Counted from the stretch's first letter, positions 29,013 to 39,192 are shown. The stretch is DNA of 49,815 nt from Hymenobacter sp. (GCA_025353745.1 JANXOE010000302.1:1-49815), one strand, 5' to 3'. The notes: generated by a model from the sequence alone, not told the origin. Numbers and translations are program-made.

Positions 29013-30275
29013 CTACAAGCCGAAAGCGGCCTTGATTTTGGGTACGTAATCGAGCTTTTCCCAGGTGAAAGTTTCGAAGGTTTTCACCTCGCCGTCGGGC
29101 ATCGTCACCTGCTTGGTACCGGGCGGGCGGCCCATGTGGCCGTATGCCGCCGTTTCGGAAAAAATAGGATTTTGCAGGCCCAGGCGTTGCACGATGGCGT
29201 AGGGGCGCAGGTCGAACAACTCTTGCACCTTACGGGCAATTTCGCCGTCGGCTAGCGGCTGGCCGTCGGGGCCCAGGGCCTTGGTGCTGCCGTAGGTGGT
29301 CACGAACACGCCCACCGGCTGGGCCACGCCGATGGCGTAGGCCACTTGCACGAGGGCGTGGTCGGCGACGCCGGCCGCCACCAGGTTTTTGGCAATGTGG
29401 CGGGCGGCGTAGGCCGCCGAGCGGTCGACCTTGCTCGAATCTTTGCCCGAGAAGGCGCCGCCGCCGTGGGCCCCTTTGCCGCCGTAGGTGTCCACGATGA
29501 TTTTGCGGCCGGTGAGGCCAGAATCGCCGTGGGGCCCTCCGATGACGAATTTGCCCGTGGGGTTGATGTGGTAAGTAATCTGATCGGTGAAGAGCTGCTG
29601 TACCTCGGGGCCCAGCCCGGCCACCACGCGCGGCACGAGCACGGCGTGCACATCGGCCTTGATTTTGGCCAGCATCGTGGCTTCGTCGGCGTCGAAGTCG
29701 TCGTGCTGGGTGCTCACCACGATGGTTTCGATGGCCTCCGGCGTGCCGTTGTCGGCGTAGCGGATGGTGACCTGGCTCTTGGCGTCGGGGCGCAGGTAGG
29801 GCATGTCGCGGCCCTCGCGCCGGATGGCGGCCAGCTCTTGCAGCAAGCGGTGCGAGAGGTCGAGGGCCAGGGGCATGTAGTTGGTGCTTTCGCGGGTGGC
29901 GTAGCCGAACATCATGCCCTGGTCGCCGGCCCCCTGGTCTTCGGCCGTGGCACGCACCACGCCCTGGTTGATGTCGGGCGACTGCGCGTGCAGGCGGTTC
30001 ATCACCTCGCAGGTGTCGGCGTTGAAGAGGTATTCGGGCTTGTCGTAGCCGATGCGGCGGATGGTGGCCCGCACGATGGGCTCGGCCTCGACGCGGGCCG
30101 TCGACTTAATCTCGCCCGCCACAAGCGCGAAATCGGTGGTGACCAAGGTTTCGCAAGCCACTTTGGCGGCCGGGTCCTGCCGCAGGTATTCGTCGAGGAT
30201 GGCGTCGGAAATCTGGTCCGCAACTTTATCGGGGTGGCCTTCCGAAACCGATTCGGAAGTGAACAGGTAGGGCAT
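29013..30275 (-). CDS. metK: S-adenosylmethionine synthetase
   Basis: FTSESVSEGHPDK, GAGDQG, GGGAFSGKD, KVDRSAAY. Confidence 0.99.
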   Translation of the reverse strand: MPYLFTSESVSEGHPDKVADQISDAILDEYLRQDPAAKVACETLVTTDFALVAGEIKSTARVEAEPIVRATIRRIGYDKPEYLFNADTCEVMNRLHAQSPDINQGVVRATAEDQGAGDQGMMFGYATRESTNYMPLALDLSHRLLQELAAIRREGRDMPYLRPDAKSQVTIRYADNGTPEAIETIVVSTQHDDFDADEATMLAKIKADVHAVLVPRVVAGLGPEVQQLFTDQITYHINPTGKFVIGGPHGDSGLTGRKIIVDTYGGKGAHGGGAFSGKDSSKVDRSAAYAARHIAKNLVAAGVADHALVQVAYAIGVAQPVGVFVTTYGSTKALGPDGQPLADGEIARKVQELFDLRPYAIVQRLGLQNPIFSETAAYGHMGRPPGTKQVTMPDGEVKTFETFTWEKLDYVPKIKAAFGL

Positions 30276-30345
30276 AAAGTAAAAAGAGAGGCAGTAAAAG
30301 CAAAAAGCCAGGGCGCCCGTTTGGCAGACAGCGTTGGGCGGAGGG

Positions 30346-30353
30346 CAAAACTA
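30346..30353 (-). promoter_or_regulatory. -7 promoter box TAGTTTTG for metK, overlapping the upstream stop codon
   Basis: Reverse complement of CAAAACTA matches TAnnTTTG. Confidence 0.5.
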
Positions 30354-31595
30354 CGCCATGCCGCCCGAAGACGCGGCCACCAACTGGGCCCCGGCGGAAT
30401 TGGGCAGCGCGGCTTTCTCGCACACCAGCACCACGGGCCGGCCGCGCAGGTCGGTGGTGGCAAACAAGTACGTGTCGCCGCCCTCGCGGATGCCGGTGCG
30501 CTGGCGGAATTCGGCCACGGAGTCGGGAAAGTTGCGCGTCGTAACGTGGGCGCGGGCCTCGGGGCCCAGGTGCGCTTTCAGCGTGGGGCCGTCGGCCTTC
30601 TCCACCGCCAGCACCCGGAAGATGCGGCCCGGAAAATCGGCCCGCAGCGTGCTGGAAGTGTATAGGTGGCTGTTTTGGTGGATCTTTAATAGCTCGAAAG
30701 CCGTGCCAATGCTGCGAAACGCGCCCGCTTTCAGCACCGCCGCGTTGGGTTCGTAGAGGTACTGCTGGGCCTCGGCGTAGCGGGGCGTGGCGCGGGCCTC
30801 GCGGGCCCGGTTGAGGCGAAATTCCTGGCGGGTGCCGTCGCGGCGCAGGTTCAGGGCGAAGCGCTCGGGGTCGACGGCGGGCTCGGGGCCCAGCTCGTAC
30901 AGCACTTCCTTCACCTCGTTGTCGAGGGCCAAAACCCAGAGGCGGCGCACGTGCTTTAGCTCGCTCACGGCCTGCTCGATGTCGAGCATGGGCGAGGTTT
31001 TGAGCAGGATGCGGCCGGCTTTGTGCAACAGCAGCGGCAGCAGGTGCAGCACGTCGGGCTCACAGTCGGCGAGCCGGAAAATTTTGCGGGCGGCGGTGTC
31101 GCGCCGGGCCGGGTCGAGGTAAAGCCAATCGTAGCGGTGGGGCGTGCTTTTGAGGAAGGACAGCGCATCGGCGTTGTGCACGGCCACGTTTTTCAGCCCG
31201 AGCAGCTGAAAATTGTGCTCCACCACGGCCGCCAGCTGCGCGTTGCGCTCCACGTAATCGACGTGCGCCACGCGGGTGGCAAAGTGCGCTGCATCGGCCC
31301 CGAAGCCCCCGGTGAGGTCGGCCAGCCGCTGGCCGTCCACAAGTCCGGCTTTGAAAGCCGCCGTGCGGTCGGACGACGCTTGCTCGACCGATAGCGCGGG
31401 CGGGAAAATCAGGTCGAGGTTGGCGGCCCAGGCGGGCAGCTTGCTTTGGGCCTTCTGGCGGGCCTGAATTTGGCGCACCAGCTCGGGTACGGGCAGGCCG
31501 GGGTGGCGGCGGGCTTGCAGGGCCAGGTGGGCCGGATCGTCGTGCAAGTGGGCGGCCACGTAGCGTCGGGCCGCCTCGGGCAAAGGAAATTCCAT
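30351..31595 (-). CDS. Class I SAM-dependent methyltransferase with THUMP-like C-terminal domain
   Basis: QI..RQKA..KLP, EQASS, DLTGGFG.D, YLDPARR, K.SPMLDI, YLYEPN.A.LKAG. Confidence 0.88.
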   Translation of the reverse strand: MEFPLPEAARRYVAAHLHDDPAHLALQARRHPGLPVPELVRQIQARQKAQSKLPAWAANLDLIFPPALSVEQASSDRTAAFKAGLVDGQRLADLTGGFGADAAHFATRVAHVDYVERNAQLAAVVEHNFQLLGLKNVAVHNADALSFLKSTPHRYDWLYLDPARRDTAARKIFRLADCEPDVLHLLPLLLHKAGRILLKTSPMLDIEQAVSELKHVRRLWVLALDNEVKEVLYELGPEPAVDPERFALNLRRDGTRQEFRLNRAREARATPRYAEAQQYLYEPNAAVLKAGAFRSIGTAFELLKIHQNSHLYTSSTLRADFPGRIFRVLAVEKADGPTLKAHLGPEARAHVTTRNFPDSVAEFRQRTGIREGGDTYLFATTDLRGRPVVLVCEKAALPNSAGAQLVAASSGGMA

Positions 31596-31648
31596 GAAAC
31601 CGGGTATACGAAAAAACGCCGCACGCAGCGCAGAAAGGGCCTCCGTGC

Positions 31649-32260
31649 TTAGCGCAGGGCCCAGCTTAGGGCCAGCAGCGGCTGGCCCGTGGCCGCCGGG
31701 CGCAGCCCCACGGTGCTGGGCGACACCCGCTGCTGCCAGGTGGTGCGGGGGCCGCGCAGCCCGGCGTTGTGGGCCGACACGGCCTGCTGCAAGTGCTCGT
31801 TGGTGTGGCGGTTGACGACGATGGTGGCGAGCAAGCTGGCCGCAAACAGGCCGGTGGCTACCTTTTGGGTGGCGTTAAAGTATTGTTGCTCGCCGGCTTT
31901 GGCGAACACCTGGCTGCCGTACGCGCCCACGGCGCCCACGGCCACGAGGCGGTCGAGCAGGAACAGCGTTTTCTGGCGGCGGTAGGCAGCCAAGTTGCTC
32001 AGCGCCTCGGCGTTGTTGCCCAGGTAGGGGCGCAGCTTCTGGCCGAAGAAGCCCGCGCTCTGGTAGTTTTCGCCGCCGACGCCGGGGGCCAGGAAATAGA
32101 AGTTGTGCTGGTGGCCGTTGCGCCCGCGCGCGGCGTCTTCGGGCAGCAGCCGGATGGTGCCGGGCACGGTTTGGGCGCTGACCGGGGCCGCCAGGGCCAG
32201 GGCGACGGCAACGACGGCTAAGCGCGGGGCCGTAAAGAAATTCTTAGTAAGATGCAACAT
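31649..32260 (-). CDS. Hypothetical exported protein
   Basis: Signal peptide ending VSA|Q; two hydrophobic segments; coding-like GC3. Confidence 0.75.
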   Translation of the reverse strand: MLHLTKNFFTAPRLAVVAVALALAAPVSAQTVPGTIRLLPEDAARGRNGHQHNFYFLAPGVGGENYQSAGFFGQKLRPYLGNNAEALSNLAAYRRQKTLFLLDRLVAVGAVGAYGSQVFAKAGEQQYFNATQKVATGLFAASLLATIVVNRHTNEHLQQAVSAHNAGLRGPRTTWQQRVSPSTVGLRPAATGQPLLALSWALR

Positions 32261-32359
32261 AAAAACAAGGGATAAGGCCTAGCATAAAAAACAAAGGTAG
32301 AGACGAGTTTAGGCAATCCGTTAGCGTCTGATAGGGCCCGGCCGGCCAAACAATTGCCG

Positions 32360-32367
32360 TACCTTTG
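32360..32367 (+). promoter_or_regulatory. -7 promoter box TACCTTTG for ahcY
   Basis: TAnnTTTG consensus 35 nt upstream of ATG 32402. Confidence 0.55.
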
Positions 32368-32401
32368 CGGTTCAACCCGAGCTTACAAATCAATCCCTAT
32401 C

Positions 32402-33721
32402 ATGGTGGAAACCAAGACCAACACCTACGTTCCCTACAAGGTAAAAGACATGTCGCTGGCCGAGTGGGGCCGCAAGGAAATCCGCCTTGCCGAGGCGGAG
32501 ATGCCCGGCCTGATGGCCCTGCGCGCCGAGTTTGGCAGCGAGCAGCCTTTCAAAGGGGCCCGCATCGCCGGCTGCCTGCACATGACCATCCAAACGGCCG
32601 TGCTCATCGAAACGCTAAAAGCATTGGGCGCTGAAGTGACGTGGTCGTCGTGCAACATCTTCTCGACCCAGGACCACGCCGCCGCGGCCATTGCCGCCGC
32701 CGGCATTCCGGTGTACGCCTGGAAGGGCATGAGCGAGGAAGAATTCAACTGGTGCATCGAGCAAACGCTGTATTTCGGCGAAGAGCGCCAGCCGCTGAAC
32801 ATGATCCTCGACGACGGCGGCGACCTCACCAACATGGTGCTGAACGACTACCCTGAGCTGGCCGCTGGCATCAAAGGGGTTTCGGAAGAAACCACTACCG
32901 GCGTGCTGCGCCTCTACGAGCGGGTGAAAAACGGCTCGCTGCCCTTCCCCGCCATCAACGTGAACGACTCGGTGACGAAGTCGAAGTTCGACAACAAATA
33001 CGGCTGCAAAGAATCGGCCGTGGACGCCATTCGCCGGGCGACCGATGTGATGATGGCCGGCAAGATTGCCGTGGTGGCCGGCTACGGCGACGTGGGCAAA
33101 GGCACGGCCGCTTCGCTGAGCGGCGCCGGGGCCCGCGTGATCGTGACGGAAATTGATCCCATCTGCGCCCTGCAAGCGGCCATGGACGGCTACGCCGTGA
33201 AGAAGCTGGCCAACGCCGTGAAGGAAGCCGACATCGTGGTGACCGCTACCGGCAACTGCGACATCCTCACCGAAGCGCATTTCCGCAGCCTGAAGGACAA
33301 AGCCATCGTGTGCAACATCGGCCACTTCGACGACGAAATCGACATGGCTTGGCTGAACGGCAACTACGGCCACACCAAAGACACGGTGAAGCCCCAGGTG
33401 GACATTTACACCATCGACGGCAAAGAGGTGATTATCCTCGCCGAAGGCCGCCTCGTGAACCTGGGCTGCGCCACCGGCCACCCGTCGTTCGTGATGTCAA
33501 ACTCGTTCACCAACCAAACCCTGGCCCAGCTGGAGCTGTGGGAGCGCGCCGACCAGTACGAAAACCAGGTGTACACGCTGCCCAAGCACCTGGACGAAAA
33601 AGTGGCCCGCCTGCACCTCGCCAAAATCGGCGTGGAGCTGGACGAGCTGACGCCCAAGCAAGCCGACTACATCAAGGTGCCGGTGGAGGGCCCCTTCAAA
33701 TCGGACCTGTACCGCTACTAG
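32402..33721 (+). CDS. ahcY: Adenosylhomocysteinase
   Basis: [56 protein letters not shown]. Confidence 0.99.
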   Translation: MVETKTNTYVPYKVKDMSLAEWGRKEIRLAEAEMPGLMALRAEFGSEQPFKGARIAGCLHMTIQTAVLIETLKALGAEVTWSSCNIFSTQDHAAAAIAAAGIPVYAWKGMSEEEFNWCIEQTLYFGEERQPLNMILDDGGDLTNMVLNDYPELAAGIKGVSEETTTGVLRLYERVKNGSLPFPAINVNDSVTKSKFDNKYGCKESAVDAIRRATDVMMAGKIAVVAGYGDVGKGTAASLSGAGARVIVTEIDPICALQAAMDGYAVKKLANAVKEADIVVTATGNCDILTEAHFRSLKDKAIVCNIGHFDDEIDMAWLNGNYGHTKDTVKPQVDIYTIDGKEVIILAEGRLVNLGCATGHPSFVMSNSFTNQTLAQLELWERADQYENQVYTLPKHLDEKVARLHLAKIGVELDELTPKQADYIKVPVEGPFKSDLYRY

Positions 33722-33743
33722 CAGCAAGCGTTGCTTTTTGTGG

Positions 33744-33778
33744 AAAACCCCGCCCGGCAGCACGCCGGGCGGGGTTTT
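33744..33778. terminator. Bidirectional terminator
   Basis: AAAACCCCGCCCGGC...GCCGGGCGGGGTTTT. Confidence 0.8.
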
Positions 33779-33802
33779 GTTTTGGTGGGCGGTGCCGCCA
33801 GC

Positions 33803-35254
33803 TCAGGTCCGGGCCGGCAGCAGGGTGCGCAAAAAGCTGAGGCACGGGGCAAAAAGGTATTCGCCGCCTTTCAGCGTCACGAAGCCGCCGAAGGCGCTGG
33901 CGGTGGCCAGGGTGGACGCGTCGTTGTAGGTGGTGGCGTAGCGCTGCACGCCGTCGGGCAGGGGGCCCTGGCCGATGACGGGGTCGAGGCCGGTGGGCGG
34001 GGCGGGCTGGGAAAAAGCGGGGTTGTTCACCCACTGCTGCTGGATGAACTCGAACTGGCTGGCCAGGTTGTGCTGAAAGCTCATGAACAGCAGGCCCACG
34101 CCTTTGGTCGGCATCTCCTCAAAAATGGCCTCATTGGGGTGCACGAAACGGTGGCCGTAGATGATGCCGCGCCGGGCCATCATGCGGTTTTTCTCGCCGT
34201 CGAGGGTGCCGCCCGGGCCGGGCACGACGCCGCGGGGCGTGCTCTTGCGGATGTGGGCGTGGAACGGGCACCGCTGCCCGGGGTCGGTGTCGTAGTTGAA
34301 ATCGTTGATGCGGCCCAGGTCGGCGGTCGGGATGAGGGAGCCGTCGATTTTCAGGTCTTCGGCGCTGAGCGTGACGGGCGTACCGTTCTCGAAGCGGCCC
34401 ACCGCCATGGCGCCCGCCAGCTCGCTTTCGGGGTTGTGGAACAGCTCCACGGCCAGCTCCTTTTCCCGTTCCTTAAAGCCGCGCACGTTCTGCTCCAGCT
34501 TCCGAAACACAAAATAGCTGCCGAACGAGTGGCCCGTGGTGCCGGCCGGGTCGGGCGCCAGCACCAGGCGCAGGGGCATGAGCGGGTCCCAGTGGGCGCG
34601 TTCCATGCCGGCCACTTCTTCCAGGAAAAACTTGGGCTGGCTGATGCCGTCCACGTACCCGAAGTGTTCAATGTCCTGCCCATCAGCATTCTGAATGCTG
34701 TCGCCTTCCTCCACGCACAGCACCGCGGCCAGGTCCGCGTGGCGCAGGCGCTGCACGATGCCCCGCACGCGCTGGTCGAGCTTGGTGCGGGTGGGGGCCC
34801 CAAAGGCCACCAGAATCATGCCGTGGATGGGGCCCTGGTAGGCGCTGTCCCAGGTGCTCACGGGCGGGTCGGCCAGGGCGGCGTTGGAGCCTTTCATGCC
34901 CGCGGCGAATTGGGGGTCGGCGGGGCGCTTGGCCGCGGGCACGCCCAAAAATTCGTAGCCCTCGGCGCTGAGCAGGGCCGTCACCACGAAGCGCTGCTGG
35001 TGGTCGTGCTTGGTTTGTTCGGTGTCGTGCTGCTGCTGGAGGGCCGACGTGAGGTCGTTGAGGGCCAATTCCTGCAAAAACTGCCGGGCTTTCTGTTGCT
35101 GGTTGTCGCCGTCGCGGAAGCGAAAAAAGATGCTCGCCGTGTGCCGCCGGCCGTGCGATTTGACAATGTTGGCCTGCAGCTCGGGGGCGATGGCCAGAAA
35201 TTTGGGGTCGGCGGCGCTGATGCCCCGCTGGGCCAAGTTGATGGGGGTTTGCAT
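33803..35254 (-). CDS. Dye-decolorizing (DyP-type) heme peroxidase, long class C/D-like form
   Basis: EHFGYVDGISQP (GxxDG), GSY.VFRKLEQNV, AHIRK..PR (proximal His), RRG, GLLF, GGEY.F.P. Confidence 0.93.
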   Translation of the reverse strand: MQTPINLAQRGISAADPKFLAIAPELQANIVKSHGRRHTASIFFRFRDGDNQQQKARQFLQELALNDLTSALQQQHDTEQTKHDHQQRFVVTALLSAEGYEFLGVPAAKRPADPQFAAGMKGSNAALADPPVSTWDSAYQGPIHGMILVAFGAPTRTKLDQRVRGIVQRLRHADLAAVLCVEEGDSIQNADGQDIEHFGYVDGISQPKFFLEEVAGMERAHWDPLMPLRLVLAPDPAGTTGHSFGSYFVFRKLEQNVRGFKEREKELAVELFHNPESELAGAMAVGRFENGTPVTLSAEDLKIDGSLIPTADLGRINDFNYDTDPGQRCPFHAHIRKSTPRGVVPGPGGTLDGEKNRMMARRGIIYGHRFVHPNEAIFEEMPTKGVGLLFMSFQHNLASQFEFIQQQWVNNPAFSQPAPPTGLDPVIGQGPLPDGVQRYATTYNDASTLATASAFGGFVTLKGGEYLFAPCLSFLRTLLPART

Positions 35255-35629
35255 GGTGGGCAGGAAAGGAAGTGGGAAAAACGAAACCGGGCCGGAGCGT
35301 TGGGCGAAAACATTCCTTGCTAAAATGAAAGCGCGGGGGCGGTTTGGGGAACGTTCGGCAAAAGCGCATTTGTCGCCGTCGGCCGACCAGGCGATTCTTT
35401 CGGAGAAATTGGCCCCGCACATCGGCCTCGCCATGGCCGGCGGGCCCCGCCTTCCTGCGGGCCCGTGATGCTAATTTATAAAATATTATTTATATAAAAT
35501 ACTATTTTTTTACAAATTAATACCATCTGCCCGGCTTGGCATTCCCCGTTATTGCCTCAAACGCAAACAGCCGCTGGCACTTTGCGCCGGCGGCTGTTTG
35601 TAGAAAATGTTGCCCAGTGCCGGCCGCCG

Positions 35630-36499
35630 CTAAGGCAAAAACGGCATACCCGTCAGCTGTTCGCTCAACTCCCACAGCCGCCGCGCGTTTTCGGGCGTGT
35701 TGAAGCGGCTGTTCACGGGCACGGCTTTTTTCTTGGCGAAATAGCCGCCGCTCACGGTGCCGGCGCGGGCGTCGGTGGCGAGGAAAATGCTGGTTTCGGC
35801 GCCTTTTTCGGGCGACAGCATGAACGGCCGGCCCAGCTGCGCGGCCAGCGCGAGCCAGCCGCCCGACTGGCTGCCGTAGCCCGTGGCGACGGCCCCCGGG
35901 TGCAGCGCGTTTGCGACCACGTTGGCGATGCCGTGGCCGCGCAGCCGCCGGGCCAGCTCCTGCGTGAACATGATGTTGAAGAGCTTGGTGGTGCCGTATT
36001 CCCAGAGCGGGTGGTAGCTGCGCACCGATTGCAGGTCGTCGAGCGTGGGCCGGGAGAAGCGGTAGGCCCCCGACGCCACGTTGACGACGCGGGCGGCCGG
36101 GCTCCGGCGCAGCAAATCGAGCAGCAGGCCCGTGAGCAGGAAGGGCCCCAGGTGGTTGGTGGCCAGCGTCATCTCGTAGCCGTCGGCCGACACCTCGCGC
36201 GCGGCCCCGAACATGAGGCCGGCGTTGTTGATGAGCACGTCGAGGCGCGGGTACTGGGCGTTGATTTCGGCGGCCACGTCGCGCACCTGCTGGAGCACCG
36301 AGAGGTCGGCCAGGGCCGTGTCGACGTGCGGGTTGCCGGTGGCGTCGATGATTTCCTGCCGGGTGCGGGCGGCCTTGGCGCGGTTGCGGGCCAGCAGAAT
36401 AACGTGGGCCCCTTGCCCGGCCAAGGCGTGGGCCGTGGCCTTGCCGATGCCGGACGTGGCCCCGGTGATGAGAATGATTTTGTCGCGCAAATCGGGCAT
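35630..36499 (-). CDS. Short-chain dehydrogenase/reductase (retinol-DH-like)
   Basis: TGATSGIG, NNAG, NHLGPFLLT, YxxxK (YGTTK), HPG.V.T. Confidence 0.93.
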   Translation of the reverse strand: MPDLRDKIILITGATSGIGKATAHALAGQGAHVILLARNRAKAARTRQEIIDATGNPHVDTALADLSVLQQVRDVAAEINAQYPRLDVLINNAGLMFGAAREVSADGYEMTLATNHLGPFLLTGLLLDLLRRSPAARVVNVASGAYRFSRPTLDDLQSVRSYHPLWEYGTTKLFNIMFTQELARRLRGHGIANVVANALHPGAVATGYGSQSGGWLALAAQLGRPFMLSPEKGAETSIFLATDARAGTVSGGYFAKKKAVPVNSRFNTPENARRLWELSEQLTGMPFLP

Positions 36500-36658
36500 A
36501 AAGCAAAAAAAGAAGATTGAGGGGAAAGATATTGCAGTAAAACCCGGCCGGGTACGGCCGCCGCCGGCCGGCCCCGGGGCCCTGCTTACGCACCACAACG
36601 GCGGGCAGCGCAAATTACTTTGCCGCGCCGGGCGCCGGGGCCGTGGTTACTTTGCCCC

Positions 36659-37333
36659 ATGCCCGATTTCCTGCGCGTCGAAACCATCTTTTTTACCGTG
36701 CTCGGCTACCCGATGAGCTACCTGGAGTTTTTTGGGGTCGTGACGGGGGCCGTGGCGGTGTGGCTCTCGGCCCGGGCCAACGTTTGGAGCTGGCCGCTGA
36801 GCCTGGTGGGCATCGTGCTCTCGTTCTTCCTGTTCTTCCAGGTGCAGCTGTACCCGGACACGTTTTTGCAGGTCTTCTTCTTCGTTACCAGCCTCATCGG
36901 CTGGTGGCAGTGGACGCACCCCGCCCCGCCGGAGGCCGACCAAAAGCAGGAGCTGCGCATCACCTACACCCCGCGCGCCGTGCTGCTGCTGGGCGGCGCG
37001 GGCACGGCCGCGGCCACGGCCCTGCTGGGGGCCCTGGCCCAGCGCCTGCACCACTGGCTGCCGCTGGTGTTCAGCAAGCCCAGCGCCTTCCCGTACCTCG
37101 ACTCGTTCACGACGGTGCTCAGCATCGCCGCCACGTTTTTGCTGATGCGCAAAAAAGTGGAAAGCTGGTACGTGTGGCTGGCCGCCGACGTCGTGCTCAC
37201 CTACGTGTACTTCCTGAAAGGCATCAAGTTCGTGGGCCTCGAATACGGCGTGTTTTGCGCGGTGGCGGCCTACGGCGCCTACCACTGGACGCGCGAATAC
37301 CGCGGCTACGCCCCGCGGCCGCCCGCTGCGTAG
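36659..37333 (+). CDS. pnuC: Pnu-family vitamin/nicotinamide riboside transporter
   Basis: LE..G...G...VWL, W.W, LY....LQ, GWWQW, P.LDS..T.LS..A..L...K..ESW. Confidence 0.88.
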   Translation: MPDFLRVETIFFTVLGYPMSYLEFFGVVTGAVAVWLSARANVWSWPLSLVGIVLSFFLFFQVQLYPDTFLQVFFFVTSLIGWWQWTHPAPPEADQKQELRITYTPRAVLLLGGAGTAAATALLGALAQRLHHWLPLVFSKPSAFPYLDSFTTVLSIAATFLLMRKKVESWYVWLAADVVLTYVYFLKGIKFVGLEYGVFCAVAAYGAYHWTREYRGYAPRPPAA

Positions 37334-37384
37334 GGCCCCGGTGCGACCTTTGCGCCGTCGTTTCATCTTTTCTGCCCGCCCGTT

Positions 37385-38149
37385 GTGGTTTCGCTTTCCG
37401 TCGTCGTCATCACTTTCAACGAAGCGGCCAACATCGGCCGCTGCCTGGCGGCCCTGGGCGACGTGGCCGACGAGGTGCTGGTGGTCGATTCGTTTTCGAG
37501 CGACGACACCGTGGACATCTGCCGGGCGCACGGGGCCCGCGTGGTGCAAAACGCCTTCGCCGGCTACGTCGAGCAGAAAAATTTCGCCACCGCCCAGGCC
37601 CGCTTCGACCACGTGCTGCAGCTCGACGCCGACGAAGTGCTGACCGACGAGCTGCGCCAGAGCATCTGCCGGGCCAAGGCCGACTGGCGGCACGCCGCCT
37701 ACTCGCTGGCCCGCCTCACCAACTACTGCGGCCGGTGGGTGCGCCACGGCGGCTGGTACCCCGACCGCAAGCTGCGCCTCTACGACCGCCGCCTCGGCCG
37801 CTGGGAGGGCCTGCTGCTGCACGAGCGCTACGCGGTGGCCCCCGGCCAGAGCACCGGCGCGCTGGCCGGCGACGCGCTGCACTATTCGTACCCGTCCATC
37901 GCGCAGCACGTCAGCCAGCTGAACAAATTCACCAGCATCACGGCCCAGGAGCGGGCGTTGCGGGGCCACACGCGCGTCACGCTGTTTCACCTGCTGCTCA
38001 AGCCGCTGTGGAAGTTCGGGCACGGCTATTTCCTGCGGCTGGGCTTCCTGGACGGCTTCGCCGGGCTGAGCATTGCCGCCCTCTCGGCCTGGGGCGTGTT
38101 CCTGAAATTCGCGAAGCTGAAAACCCGCACCGAAAACGCCCCCGCATGA
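37385..38149 (+). CDS. GT2 glycosyltransferase (LPS beta-1,4-glucosyltransferase-like)
   Basis: LSVVVIT.NE, VVDSFS.D.T, QKNFA, LDADE, GWYPD...RL, GFLDG; GTG start. Confidence 0.92.
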   Translation: MVSLSVVVITFNEAANIGRCLAALGDVADEVLVVDSFSSDDTVDICRAHGARVVQNAFAGYVEQKNFATAQARFDHVLQLDADEVLTDELRQSICRAKADWRHAAYSLARLTNYCGRWVRHGGWYPDRKLRLYDRRLGRWEGLLLHERYAVAPGQSTGALAGDALHYSYPSIAQHVSQLNKFTSITAQERALRGHTRVTLFHLLLKPLWKFGHGYFLRLGFLDGFAGLSIAALSAWGVFLKFAKLKTRTENAPA

Positions 38150-39192
38150 GCCCCACGTTCCTGGTTTCGCGCACCGACGCCATCGGCGACGTGGTGCTCA
38201 CCCTGCCCGTGGCCGGGCGGCTGAAGCAGCTGTTTCCGGGGTGCCGGGTGGTGTTCATCGGGCGCGCCTACACGGCCCCGGTGGCCGCTGCCTGCCCGTG
38301 GGTCGACGAGGTGGTGGACTTCGACGCGCTGCAACAGCTGCCCCCGGCCGCGCAGGTGGGGGCCCTGCGGCGCCACGGGGCGGCGGCCATCGTGCACGTG
38401 TTTCCCAACCGGGCCCTGGCGGTGCTGGCCCGCCGGGCGGGCGTGCCGGTGCGCATCGGCACCCGCAACCGCTGGTGGCACTGGCTCACCTGCAACCGCC
38501 TCGTGGCCCTGAGCCGCCGCCACTCCCCGCTGCACGAAGCCCAGCTCAACCTTCAGCTGCTGGCCCCGCTGGGGCCCTCCGCCGAGGCTTTGCCGCTGCC
38601 CGCCGTGGCTGCCCTGGTGCGCCTGCGGGCCCCCGAACCGCTGGCCCCCGCCTGGCAGCAGCTGCTGGCCCAGCGCCGCCCCGGCCAGCTGAACGTGGTG
38701 CTGCACCCGCGCAGCCGGGGCAGCGCCCGCGAGTGGGGCCCGGACAATTTCGGCCGCCTGGCCCGGCTCCTGCACGCCGCCGGGCACCGCGTGTTTGTCA
38801 CCGGCACCGCTGCGGAAGGGGAGGAGCTGGCCGATTGGCGGGCGCAGCACGCCGCCCACCTGGCCGCCGACCTTACCGGGCGGCTGGCGCTGCCGCAGTT
38901 TCTGGCGTTTCTGGCCGCGGCCGACGGCGTGGTGGCGGGCAGCACCGGCCCGCTGCACCTGGCAGCGGCGCTGGGCCGCCACGCGCTGGGCCTGTACCCG
39001 CCCATCCGGCCCATGCACCCCGGCCGCTGGGGCCCCCTAGGGCCCGGGGCCGAATACCTCGTGTTCGACCGCCCCAACTGCCAGCACTGCCGCACCCGGC
39101 CCGCCGCTTGCACCTGCATCAGGGCCCTCGAAGCGGCGGCGGTGGCGGCGCGGGTGCAGGCGTGGCAGCCCGTATTTTTGGGCGAAAAATAA
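38146..39192 (+). CDS. GT9 (heptosyltransferase-like) glycosyltransferase
   Basis: RTDAIGDVVLTLP, HP......REW, STGPLHLAAALG; ATGA overlap with the upstream stop. Confidence 0.9.
   Translation: MSPTFLVSRTDAIGDVVLTLPVAGRLKQLFPGCRVVFIGRAYTAPVAAACPWVDEVVDFDALQQLPPAAQVGALRRHGAAAIVHVFPNRALAVLARRAGVPVRIGTRNRWWHWLTCNRLVALSRRHSPLHEAQLNLQLLAPLGPSAEALPLPAVAALVRLRAPEPLAPAWQQLLAQRRPGQLNVVLHPRSRGSAREWGPDNFGRLARLLHAAGHRVFVTGTAAEGEELADWRAQHAAHLAADLTGRLALPQFLAFLAAADGVVAGSTGPLHLAAALGRHALGLYPPIRPMHPGRWGPLGPGAEYLVFDRPNCQHCRTRPAACTCIRALEAAAVAARVQAWQPVFLGEK

Noticed and set aside
30276-32401. SAM or SAH riboswitch upstream of metK or ahcY
   Set aside because: The leaders are short and I see no SAM-I/II or SAH consensus. 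An Infernal scan would be decisive.
33803-35254. DyP as encapsulin cargo
   Set aside because: No encapsulin gene is adjacent and the C-terminus lacks a GSLxIGSL-type targeting peptide.
36643-39192. 849-aa ORF suggesting a fused GT9 protein (likewise 38241-40520 and 39953-41254)
   Set aside because: The N-terminal parts are off-frame read-through over pnuC/GT2, GT9 or waaL. The real starts are 38146, 39264 and 40610.
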